The position numbers and the translations under genes were made by a program. A DNA stretch of 32,000 bases from an uncultured Ignisphaera sp. GTDB lineage: Archaea; Thermoproteota; Thermoprotei_A; Sulfolobales; Ignisphaeraceae. Position 1 is the stretch's first letter, and each line of letters opens with the position of its first letter. Below the pieces are notes generated by a model that made no database searches, was not told the DNA's origin, and saw only the letters and a list, made by a program, of their open reading frames with translations. Shown here in pieces: positions 9,603 through 17,760 of the stretch. Location of the stretch: NCBI GenBank assembly GCA_938074605.1, contig CALJEI010000001.1, forward strand, positions 198,896 to 230,895. Direction: 5' to 3'.

Positions 9603-10418
9603 CTATGCTTTTACATCAGAATCCTTAAATATCTTTCTTGCATATACAATATATCCCGTGTGCCCTATCATAGCTGTAGAGGGTCTTATAGACTCTGGTG
9701 AAAGTTCAATTTCACGTAAAAATGTTTCATAGCACCTAATGTCTATAAATCCTTTATGCTTACTTATAGCCTCAAAGAGTTTTAGTATCTGATTCATAGT
9801 TGGTAAGAAGAATACTACAGGAGCTGTATATCTTAAAGCATTATATAGAGGATCTAAAACATTCCATGGATCTGGAATATCTACTATGGCAGCATCAATA
9901 TTATTTTCATCTATACCCTCCCTAGCATCCCTATACTTTAGGGTAGCATACTGATTAAGATTTAAAGTCTCTAAATTAGATTGGGCAACTCTTATAAATT
10001 CTTCCCTTATTTCATACCCATATACATGTCCATCCGGTTTAACAAAGTTTGCTAAAACTATAGTTGTATTACCAGAACCAACACCTATTTCAAGAATTCT
10101 TGACCCAGGTGCAATTCCTAATAGAATTAATATAAGCCCTAGATCCTTAGGATAAATTATTTGTGTAACTCTCTTTATACCCAGCTCTAGATAGTCGATA
10201 AGTAGTGGCTTAAGGAGCCATGCATTAATATTCAATGAAGTTTTTACCCTACTTCCATAGCTAAGGCCTACTAAATCATCTAATTTTATGTTACCCCTAT
10301 CAGATGAAAAAATTTTGTCTTTAGAGACCTTTAAAAGTCGTCTTCGCCTCTTGTCTATATAGATCATGATGTTACTACTATATTCAATTATATCATTTTT
10401 GCTCAGACCTGGTGTCAT
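9603..10418 (-). CDS. trmI: tRNA (adenine-N1)-methyltransferase TrmI (Gcd14 family)
   Basis: The SAM motif ILEIGVGSGNTT, then DAAIVDIPDPWNVL, plus an N-terminal beta-domain match the TrmI/Gcd14 layout. ATG start. Confidence 0.8.
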   Translation of the reverse strand: MTPGLSKNDIIEYSSNIMIYIDKRRRRLLKVSKDKIFSSDRGNIKLDDLVGLSYGSRVKTSLNINAWLLKPLLIDYLELGIKRVTQIIYPKDLGLILILLGIAPGSRILEIGVGSGNTTIVLANFVKPDGHVYGYEIREEFIRVAQSNLETLNLNQYATLKYRDAREGIDENNIDAAIVDIPDPWNVLDPLYNALRYTAPVVFFLPTMNQILKLFEAISKHKGFIDIRCYETFLREIELSPESIRPSTAMIGHTGYIVYARKIFKDSDVKA

Positions 10419-10452
10419 AAATCACCACATCCTAAATACCAACCTTCATCAT
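10403..10452 (-). ncRNA. candidate C/D box sRNA overlapping the trmI start codon
   Basis: The minus strand reads (g)AUGAUGA - 12 nt (AGGUUGGUAUUU) - AGGA - ugug - GUGAUUU - 12 nt (AUGACACCAGGU) - CUGA. Flanks UUUAGC / GCAAAA can pair (2 GC pairs, one mismatch, 3 AU pairs). The D guide contains the trmI ATG. Confidence 0.45.
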
Positions 10453-10722
10453 CGCTAAACATCTACCTGCATCTACTACACTAAACTTAACAACACAATA
10501 TATAAACCCTCATAGAATTTCCTAAATACTGCTACACTCTAAGTAATAGTTAAGGTAGTATATCACCTCATATTAAGTGCTCTATACCTTAAAATAAAGA
10601 TGCTCTTAACCATCTTAAATTCATCTTAAAATTTGATGAGCTTAGATAATATAGATAAAATAGGTGGTGCTGTACTATCTATATAAACTCTATCCATATA
10701 GGGATGCCTCTTTCAACTTTTT

Positions 10723-10935
10723 CTAGACTTCATCGATGAGTTCAATAATTTTTGTTTTCCCACCTTTTCTCATTTTCTTTCCAATACCCTGCTCTGTTAA
10801 CCACAGTTCTTTTTTTAGGAGTTCTCTAATAGCTGATCTAATGACTTCACTTCTTGATGAGTATCTTCCCATTCTAATTAGCTCATCTATAGCTTCAATG
10901 TATGTCTCAGGCATTTTAACTGTAACAATTCGCAT
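10723..10935 (-). CDS. ribbon-helix-helix (CopG/NikR-like) DNA-binding protein
   Basis: 70 aa. The sequence [40 protein letters not shown] is a textbook RHH beta-strand plus two helices. Confidence 0.7.
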   Translation of the reverse strand: MRIVTVKMPETYIEAIDELIRMGRYSSRSEVIRSAIRELLKKELWLTEQGIGKKMRKGGKTKIIELIDEV

Positions 10936-10968
10936 ATATTACACCATAATAGATATTACAATGATAAT

Positions 10969-10978
10969 AATTTATAAG
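10969..10978. promoter_or_regulatory. candidate shared TATA element between the divergent RHH and eS25 genes
   Basis: aatttataag lies 34-43 nt upstream of the RHH ATG (10935) and 52-61 nt upstream of the eS25 ATG (11030). Confidence 0.3.
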
Positions 10979-11029
10979 TTGGGCCACTGCTAGAGTTTTT
11001 TGAGACAATTAGGTAACTGGTTATGTATC

Positions 11030-11347
11030 ATGGGAACCAAAGGTAGTAAACCTCTATCAACTCTAGAAAAAAGGCAGAAAAAGGCGATAAAAGAAGAACC
11101 AAAAAAGAAGGCAGTAAAAGAAGAACCAAAAAAGGTTTTAAAATCAATCTCTATAGATGAACATTTAGTTTCTAAAGCTAGGGAGGAATTAAAGAATAGT
11201 GAGTTTATAACAGTATTTAACTTAACCCAAAAGCTTAACATAAAGTACAGTATTGCAAAACGAATAATCAAAGAGCTTGTAAATAAAGATGAGGCTGAGA
11301 TTTTAGCAAAGAATAGGAGAGTAATTGTCGTTACAGCTAGGAGATAG
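11030..11347 (+). CDS. rps25e: 30S ribosomal protein eS25
   Basis: A Lys-rich N-terminal tail is followed by a winged-helix region (..VSKAREELKNSEFITVFNLTQKLNIKYSIAKRIIKELV..) typical of eS25. The track start at 11000 is TTG. The ATG at 11030 (MGTKGSKP) is preferred. Confidence 0.8.
   Translation: MGTKGSKPLSTLEKRQKKAIKEEPKKKAVKEEPKKVLKSISIDEHLVSKAREELKNSEFITVFNLTQKLNIKYSIAKRIIKELVNKDEAEILAKNRRVIVVTARR
11081..11134 (+). repeat. 27-nt in-frame tandem duplication inside rps25e
   Basis: aaggcgataaaagaagaaccaaaaaag (11081-11107) is followed by aaggcagtaaaagaagaaccaaaaaag (11108-11134), 25/27 identical. The copies encode KAIKEEPKK and KAVKEEPKK. Confidence 0.9.
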
Positions 11348-11802
11348 GTAATTGAAATAACTATAGGTTTGTCTACAACTAAAAGTCCCTTATCTCTTTA
11401 AACTGGGGTAAACATTTTACAAGCTTTAGTGTAGTAAAGTTTTCTTAATGACTAGCATGATATATGTGATTAATAGACAGTGAAATACATACCTAAATCA
11501 CCATATGAGATAGAGGTAGTGTGCTTAAGACAAGCATATAGTTAAATCCTTCTTTTAGAATTCAACTATAAATTAAATGTGTCCATAAGAAGACCCCAGC
11601 ACTTCTGAACAGAAGAAAAGATCAAAATATAAACATATTACATGTAGTACCACCATTTCTTACCATACAAGCAATTTCCTATACTTTAGTCCAAGGTGTT
11701 GCTTGGTGGAATTCCTTGCATATTTTCTAATAGTGTGTGGCAATAGGCATAAAAATTTGATAACAATAATACATCATGCAAGGGTGAAAGGTTTTTAAGC
11801 TT

Positions 11803-12618
11803 TCATTTAGTGAAATAGAATAATAATAATTTGCGTAGCTTTACCAGTACATTTTTTCTATGATGGGTTATGAATCCCCTATCTGTCTTCACACTAGCTT
11901 TAACTAATAAAACCTTATCCTCAACGCCTATAAGCTCTTCAATGACGTCGCCATTTTCGTCTACAGCAATGGTTGGTATATCAATTAATGCCTCCCCCCT
12001 TCTAGTTATTGTCCCACCAATCATAACTCCTGTACATCTACTTTCGATTGCCCTCATAATCACAAACTGTCTCTGTTTATTTAGATTCATGTCTAGCGTT
12101 GGATAGAAGATAAGAACATCAATGCTCATTAGATTTAGCAGTAGTGAGATCTCTGGGTAGAGAATATCCTCTGCTATAAGTATTCCTACCCTAAATTTAT
12201 CCATATTAAGTAAGGGCATCTCAATATTTGATCCTCCAAAAGGTTCTAGCTGTCTTATTACACCCTTTATACCGAGTATAGGTATTACAAGGAAGGCACT
12301 TCTATACAGTTTTGCACCTCTCCTCTCTAGTATAGGCCCCACTAAGAGGTTTTTACCATACTTATTAGCTATAGCTCCCATCTCCTGTGTAGTTCTACCT
12401 GGTATACCTTCGGCTACCCGTCTAATTCGCTTAGTAGTAATAGGATAATTGTATAGTAGAACTCCATTAATCATCTGGGGAATTACTATCAAATCTATAC
12501 CGATACTCCTACTCAACCTCTCAATTATCCTTTCAATCTTTGCTATATTCCTAGCCCTATTACCTACCTCTATAGAGCTATGAATTATTGCAACAGTAAT
12601 CTCATTAGCCTCTAGCAT
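11803..12618 (-). CDS. carbon-nitrogen hydrolase (nitrilase superfamily) fold protein, catalytic triad apparently lost
   Basis: 271 aa, collinear with archaeal CN-hydrolases. At the three catalytic positions it reads DLIVIPQM (Glu->Gln), VIRQLEPF (Lys->Gln) and VGILIAEDILYPE (Cys->Ala). Its ATG at 12618 overlaps the reverse gyrase TAG (12612-12614). Confidence 0.7.
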   Translation of the reverse strand: MLEANEITVAIIHSSIEVGNRARNIAKIERIIERLSRSIGIDLIVIPQMINGVLLYNYPITTKRIRRVAEGIPGRTTQEMGAIANKYGKNLLVGPILERRGAKLYRSAFLVIPILGIKGVIRQLEPFGGSNIEMPLLNMDKFRVGILIAEDILYPEISLLLNLMSIDVLIFYPTLDMNLNKQRQFVIMRAIESRCTGVMIGGTITRRGEALIDIPTIAVDENGDVIEELIGVEDKVLLVKASVKTDRGFITHHRKNVLVKLRKLLLFYFTK

Positions 12619-15600
12619 ATCTTCTTAACCTCATCTCCATATATATATGGTAGTACATTGTTACACATCTCTCTATAGAGTTCATTTATAACATCAGCAT
12701 AGTCTAGCTCTCCAGCCTCTATACGCTGCATCTTACTATAAAGTATTTTGGTCTGCTCAATAGAGACCATATTCCTTATCTCATTTTTAAAATATCTTAA
12801 CAGTTCACTAGCTAATTTCCCCATCATGTTAGAGTTCACCCTTCTACCAAACTTATTTACAACTTTTAGCAATATCTGCTCACGATCCAATTTTGCCTCA
12901 GGATAATCTGTACTTGCTAATACTGTATATACCAGAAACCCATTTGTTGAGGGTATTAATACACCTCTCCTACTTGACTTCAATACATAGCCACGCCTTA
13001 TCAGTAGATCAATAATTTTAGCATATGTGCTAGGCCTTCCTATACCACTATCTTTCATCCACTTAACTATATCTCCCTGAGTGGGCAATTTTACCTCGCT
13101 TAACTTTACAGTCCTTATTTTAGATGGTTTTAATAGAAAATCATCCCTAGGTACATGAACTATTTTAATATTTGAATAAATTTCTGTAAACCCTGACTCA
13201 ATAACACTTGTAGCCACTTCTATAGTTTGCCGCCATATCTCAACGTCATTAACATATACTTTAACAAGATACTTCGCTTTTTCAACTTTTGCACAACTCA
13301 TTTGGCTAGCTATAAATCTTCTAAATATAAGATCGTAGAGCTTTAAGTGATTGCTAGTAAGTCTTATCGGTGTTTCTATAATTCCCTCTGCAATAAGCTC
13401 ATTTAGCTTACTAACATCAATAGCTCTTGTCGGTCTTATGCATTCATGTGCTCCTCCCTCACCCCACGTTCTAGGATGGAAATAATACTCATAATCTTTG
13501 CTATGTCTAGCCATCAGGTATTCTTTAGCAATTGATATACCTGTAGGTGAAGTTCTTACACTATCTGTCCTGTGATATGTTATGAATCCCAATTCAAAAA
13601 GATTTTGAGCAAGATCCATTATTTTAATGGCATCAAGGTGTAGTGTCTTTTGAGCTTCGGCTATTAGCTCATCTGTTGTGAATGGTGGTGGAGGGTGTAC
13701 TATATCTATATATGTATTAAGTAATTTAAAATCTAGATAGATGTTTAAAGATGACAATCGCTTTGATTTTCCAACTACTTTATCTATAACCTCTTGTGGA
13801 ACCTCTATAGCTATACCATATGCATCAAAAAGTTTGCTGGTTCTAGAAGTTAGAATTTTAGTTATATAGAGTTCCAAAACCTTTCCTAATACAGGAGTCT
13901 GAACACGTCCTGCACTCAGCCTACCCTCCTCAGCTCTTGGATTTATATTCATCTCTTTAAATACCTTAGTGACATATTCAGAGAGTGCAAACCCAAACCA
14001 TCTATCTTCAATCCTTCTAGTTATCTGAGCCTCAACTAATGCAATATTAATTCCACGTGGAGTATTAAGGGCTGTAAGTATGGCCTTCCTAGTAACCTCA
14101 TGAAATTCAACACGCTTTATACTCTTAGCATATGGAGCTAGAGACACAGCTATATCATATGCTATCTTCTCCCCTTCAGCATCAGGATCTGTTGCAATAA
14201 GAATTTCATCAACCTCTAGGGCAAGCCTCTGAAGCACTTCAATGATTTCTTTCGATGATTTAATCTTCTCAGATCCACATACAGGACATCTATCCCACTT
14301 TACAAACTGAGTTCCACAACTCAAACATCTTTTAATATAGTCATATTTAGGCAGAAAGAGTGTTTTGCTGTTTCGAAAAATCTTCACTATACCATATATT
14401 GAGTCTTCGGAGATCCCCTCTTCAACAACCTCAAAAACATGACCTCCTGTTGCAGTAATCAATAGATGGATTTTTCCAATAGTTGTTTCATAAACCTTCA
14501 ATCCATCATAGACTCTTGCTGTAGGTCTACCAAAGAAAGAAGCTATAGTTCTAGCCTTATTGGGCGACTCTACAATAAACAATACAATTTTTGATAACTC
14601 TTCTCTCCTTGTATATAGAGCCTCTGGTACTATACCCTGCTTTAGCATTCTAATGATATTCCTATCTTCATCTATCTGCCTAACAATTTCATTGACATTT
14701 AATTCCCCTAATTCTTTAAACTCAAATTCATCAATGTAGAATCTAAGTCTTTCTTTCAAACCCCTCAGAAGTCTATAGTCCTCTACAAGTAGTATAGAAA
14801 GCCCCTTGGTAATTCCTCCGATATATAGTCTTGAAGTTCGTCCACTTGCCTGTAAATATGTAGGAGCATCTGGTATAAGCATATACAGAATCCCATTTTC
14901 CTCAATAATAGCTATCCTTGGATTCTGCTTTAGCAATTCTATTAATTCAGATCTTGATAGTTGTTGTTTAACATATTCATAGACACTTTGGATGGTTTTA
15001 GATAAGATATCTTCCCTAACAACACCCTGCTTCAACTCCTCAACAATAGTTTTTAGTCTCTCTAATGAAGTTCTTCTCATAATTCTGCGAAGAGTAATCA
15101 TCATTTTTGCTATTTCATCTCTTTTAGTATCTTCAATAACCTCTATCAATACAGACAATATTCTAAAAAGTGTTTGTGGTGTATAGTCAATTTTAGTCAA
15201 TGAGATCTTGTGTCTAGGTACCCCAAGGAATATCGCGTATCTTATTCTCTCCGGTATATCAATACCTCTAACAAGTAGACCATAATATACCGCTACACCA
15301 ACTAACACCTTTACCTCATTATTAATAAAACGTTGTAAGGCTTTCTGCCTTCCACTGACAACTAATTCCACCTCTACTCCACGATTTTTAAGCTCCTCTA
15401 CAACCCTTTGTGCATATTCTACCCCTAGATCTAGAGGAACATAGATTAGCCCACCATCACCTAATCTATTGATAATTTCAACTATTTTGTCTATAGCTTT
15501 TTCATATGATTCTACAAAGGTATAGGCGTCAACAACATTTCTATAGACCTCAACTGCTGAACCAATACTAAATCCAAGTATTTCTCTAAATAGCTTTATT

Positions 15601-16601
15601 CTCCTACCCCTAGCTCTTCCAGTTGCTGAACTAACTATAAGAAGCCCACACCTCTTCCGCTTTTCAGCTATAGCCTTAGAGTATTCCTCAACTAGATTTT
15701 GAATTGGTCTTCCATCAACTAAACACTCTCTATCTAAATCTATACAGAATGACATTCTTCTCTTCAAATCAATTAATTTATAGCCCATCTCTATATCCTT
15801 CTCATTAAATCCTATTAGCTTCAATACAAACTCTACTACCTTACTACCCTTCATCACAGCATCCACATCATCAATAAATACAAAGTCGAATTTGTTTTTC
15901 TTTTCAATAAAGTCTTTAAAAACCTTATCAAAACTTCTATATAGATATGCTGGAGTGGAGATAACAATGTCAAAGTATCCTTCTCTCAAATTCTCCTCTA
16001 GCTCAATTTTTTTCTTAAGAGGCATTCTTGCATGTATTGCTACAACACTCAATACAATGTTTAGTTTCTCTAGAAACCTCTGAATTCTTTCCTCATACTG
16101 CTGTACAAGAACTGTTGTAGGAACCAATATATATACCTTTTTATTAAATTTATATGCAAGGTATATCGATATAATGAGACCAAATGTTGTTTTTCCTACA
16201 CCTGTTGGTGCTATCATAGCAAAGCTCTGTTTTTGTGCTACCCTAAAGGCCCAACTTCGTTCTAGACTCCAAGGAGGAGCACCTATACATTTAATAAAGA
16301 ATTCTTCAAAATCCTTTACAAATCTCTGAAGAGCTACAATATTATATAGATAACCACTTGAATTAACATTTACATATCTAGTCAATTCCTCAATTTCATT
16401 TACATACACCAGATCACTAACCTTCATACACTTTGGACAGGCATTTCTATGTATTGCTCTATAGTCCTCTATAGCCCCACCACAATTGATACAAAGATTT
16501 AGATATATCCCTCTAGGTGTATACAGCTTCTCAATATTACGCTGCATATCAGCAGATGTAGCGAAATCAAATACTATAGCCGTTCCTGGCACTGTAACCA
16601 T
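12612..16601 (-). CDS. rgy: reverse gyrase
   Basis: 1329 aa. It has an N-terminal Zn finger (CINCGG..CPKC) and SF2 helicase motifs (APTGVGKTT, DDVD, SSATGR, QASGRTSR). It also has a Toprim domain (IVESPNKA, DPDAEGEKIAYD), a second Zn finger (CLSCG..CPVCG) and the topo IA active-site block ITYHRTDS. Confidence 0.95.
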   Translation of the reverse strand: MVTVPGTAIVFDFATSADMQRNIEKLYTPRGIYLNLCINCGGAIEDYRAIHRNACPKCMKVSDLVYVNEIEELTRYVNVNSSGYLYNIVALQRFVKDFEEFFIKCIGAPPWSLERSWAFRVAQKQSFAMIAPTGVGKTTFGLIISIYLAYKFNKKVYILVPTTVLVQQYEERIQRFLEKLNIVLSVVAIHARMPLKKKIELEENLREGYFDIVISTPAYLYRSFDKVFKDFIEKKNKFDFVFIDDVDAVMKGSKVVEFVLKLIGFNEKDIEMGYKLIDLKRRMSFCIDLDRECLVDGRPIQNLVEEYSKAIAEKRKRCGLLIVSSATGRARGRRIKLFREILGFSIGSAVEVYRNVVDAYTFVESYEKAIDKIVEIINRLGDGGLIYVPLDLGVEYAQRVVEELKNRGVEVELVVSGRQKALQRFINNEVKVLVGVAVYYGLLVRGIDIPERIRYAIFLGVPRHKISLTKIDYTPQTLFRILSVLIEVIEDTKRDEIAKMMITLRRIMRRTSLERLKTIVEELKQGVVREDILSKTIQSVYEYVKQQLSRSELIELLKQNPRIAIIEENGILYMLIPDAPTYLQASGRTSRLYIGGITKGLSILLVEDYRLLRGLKERLRFYIDEFEFKELGELNVNEIVRQIDEDRNIIRMLKQGIVPEALYTRREELSKIVLFIVESPNKARTIASFFGRPTARVYDGLKVYETTIGKIHLLITATGGHVFEVVEEGISEDSIYGIVKIFRNSKTLFLPKYDYIKRCLSCGTQFVKWDRCPVCGSEKIKSSKEIIEVLQRLALEVDEILIATDPDAEGEKIAYDIAVSLAPYAKSIKRVEFHEVTRKAILTALNTPRGINIALVEAQITRRIEDRWFGFALSEYVTKVFKEMNINPRAEEGRLSAGRVQTPVLGKVLELYITKILTSRTSKLFDAYGIAIEVPQEVIDKVVGKSKRLSSLNIYLDFKLLNTYIDIVHPPPPFTTDELIAEAQKTLHLDAIKIMDLAQNLFELGFITYHRTDSVRTSPTGISIAKEYLMARHSKDYEYYFHPRTWGEGGAHECIRPTRAIDVSKLNELIAEGIIETPIRLTSNHLKLYDLIFRRFIASQMSCAKVEKAKYLVKVYVNDVEIWRQTIEVATSVIESGFTEIYSNIKIVHVPRDDFLLKPSKIRTVKLSEVKLPTQGDIVKWMKDSGIGRPSTYAKIIDLLIRRGYVLKSSRRGVLIPSTNGFLVYTVLASTDYPEAKLDREQILLKVVNKFGRRVNSNMMGKLASELLRYFKNEIRNMVSIEQTKILYSKMQRIEAGELDYADVINELYREMCNNVLPYIYGDEVKKIC

Positions 16602-16630
16602 ACCTCTATGTTCACTTTATTTAAAGACAA

Positions 16631-16638
16631 TATATAAA
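16631..16638 (-). promoter_or_regulatory. candidate TATA box of reverse gyrase
   Basis: The minus strand reads TTTATATA with 29 nt between it and the ATG at 16601, implying a very short leader. Confidence 0.4.
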
Positions 16639-16658
16639 CTGTGATAATTTAAATTAAA

Positions 16659-16722
16659 TCAGCGAAGAGAAGTCACATCATTTTCTATTCCTATCCTATT
16701 CAGAAGACCGTCGTTTCATCAC
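16659..16722 (-). ncRNA. C/D box sRNA candidate 1
   Basis: The minus strand reads GUGAUGA - 12 nt (AACGACGGUCUU) - CUGA - 18-nt loop - AUGAUGU - 12 nt (GACUUCUCUUCG) - CUGA. Flanks GUUAA.../...UUAAU can pair. Both guides sit at the exact 12-nt spacing. A TATA-like UUAUUAUAU ends 23 nt before the C box. Confidence 0.75.
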
Positions 16723-16743
16723 ATTAACATTTAAATGCCTTAG

Positions 16744-16755
16744 AAATATAATAAG
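16744..16755. promoter_or_regulatory. candidate bidirectional TATA between divergent sRNA candidates 1 and 2
   Basis: aaatataataag lies roughly 22-40 nt upstream of both C boxes (16722 on the minus strand, 16786 on the plus strand). Confidence 0.35.
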
Positions 16756-16785
16756 TATTTATCAGAAATATTAATGGAGCTTAGG

Positions 16786-16836
16786 ATGATGAATTCCCAA
16801 AGTGTATGAATACATGATTTAACCTGTCTCAGCTGA
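16786..16836 (+). ncRNA. C/D box sRNA candidate 2
   Basis: The plus strand reads AUGAUGA - 13 nt (AUUCCCAAAGUGU) - AUGA - auac - AUGAUUU - 12 nt (AACCUGUCUCAG) - CUGA, 51 nt in total. The terminal stem is weak. Confidence 0.6.
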
Positions 16837-16996
16837 TTATGAATAGCGAAGAGTAATAAAACTGGATATCGATACCGTACATTTTTCACAGCCTTTGTCA
16901 AAAAGCTATATACAAACTCTCTTACCTAAGTAGCTAAATTTCTATGAAGAAGTCAAAATCTTATTATTTGCTTTCCCTTAGTTGATTTTCATTCAA

Positions 16997-17047
16997 TCAG
17001 CGATCGAAGGCTTCTTCACCAATTCTAATAAACCCCGTTTTCATCAC
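16997..17047 (-). ncRNA. C/D box sRNA candidate 3
   Basis: The minus strand reads GUGAUGA - 13 nt (AAACGGGGUUUAU) - UAGA - auug - GUGAAGA - 12 nt (AGCCUUCGAUCG) - CUGA, 51 nt in total. A TATA-like uauauaac ends 26 nt before the C box. Confidence 0.6.
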
Positions 17048-17074
17048 TATCCACAGTATTACCTCTCTCACAAG

Positions 17075-17082
17075 TTATATAG
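17075..17082. promoter_or_regulatory. candidate bidirectional TATA (sRNA candidate 3 / 95-aa ORF)
   Basis: ttatatag lies 28 nt from the sRNA C box (17047, minus strand) and 36-43 nt from the ATG at 17118 (plus strand). Confidence 0.3.
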
Positions 17083-17117
17083 ATTAATGCTGTAAAAGAG
17101 TCTAGGGGCGCTGTAAA

Positions 17118-17405
17118 ATGAATAAAAAGATTCCACCCCAACTACTCTTGTTAACAATTATAGCTCAGAATAGAAATGGGCTATCGATTAGCGATCTCGT
17201 AAACACGCTACGAAGTATGTATAGAAATAGAAGTGATATAGATGTATACTATAGCCTTGGTAAACATATAGGTATTGGAATTCCAGATGAGGTTATACAG
17301 GACATTAATATGTTGAAATTGTTGGAGCTTATAGAAGAGAGAGAAGGCAAACTTATTGCTACTCAAAAAGCTTATGATTTACTTGCAAAGTTAAAAACTA
17401 GATAG
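17118..17405 (+). CDS. hypothetical small protein, possibly winged-helix DNA-binding
   Basis: 95 aa with an ATG start. GLSISDLVNTLRSMY... and the C-terminal LIEEREGKLIATQKAYDLL loosely resemble a wHTH. No firm family call. Confidence 0.45.
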   Translation: MNKKIPPQLLLLTIIAQNRNGLSISDLVNTLRSMYRNRSDIDVYYSLGKHIGIGIPDEVIQDINMLKLLELIEEREGKLIATQKAYDLLAKLKTR

Positions 17406-17760
17406 CCAGAATTTGAATACCTCAAAGGATCCTATTCACAAAGAATAAGAACTTTTTGTAAAGCTAACCCCATTGCTTGCTGAAAAGAGAAATAGAGAAG
17501 GAGTTCAGCTCTTGTGTAGATTTATGGTTAGGCTATGACTTTCTCAAAGAAGTGTTATTCAAATGCAGAGTTTTGAAATATGCTAAACACCATTAAGGAA
17601 TGATGCAATGTTGAGAGCAATGTGGGGTAATAAAGTCTTTTACTTTAACAATATCTTTTAAAGACAATTATATATTGTAGATATGTAACATAAAAATATA
17701 AACCATCTCAATAAATACAGATATTCTGTGACTTTAATGTATTAAACATCTGCCTCTAAA

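Noticed and set aside
12612-16601. Possibility that the long (1329 aa) reverse gyrase contains an intein or is a fusion artefact
   Set aside because: The helicase and topoisomerase motifs appear in the normal order. I saw no intein splice-junction blocks (Cys/Ser ... His-Asn-Cys/Ser/Thr) and no frame disruptions. The length is within the range I recall for crenarchaeal reverse gyrases.
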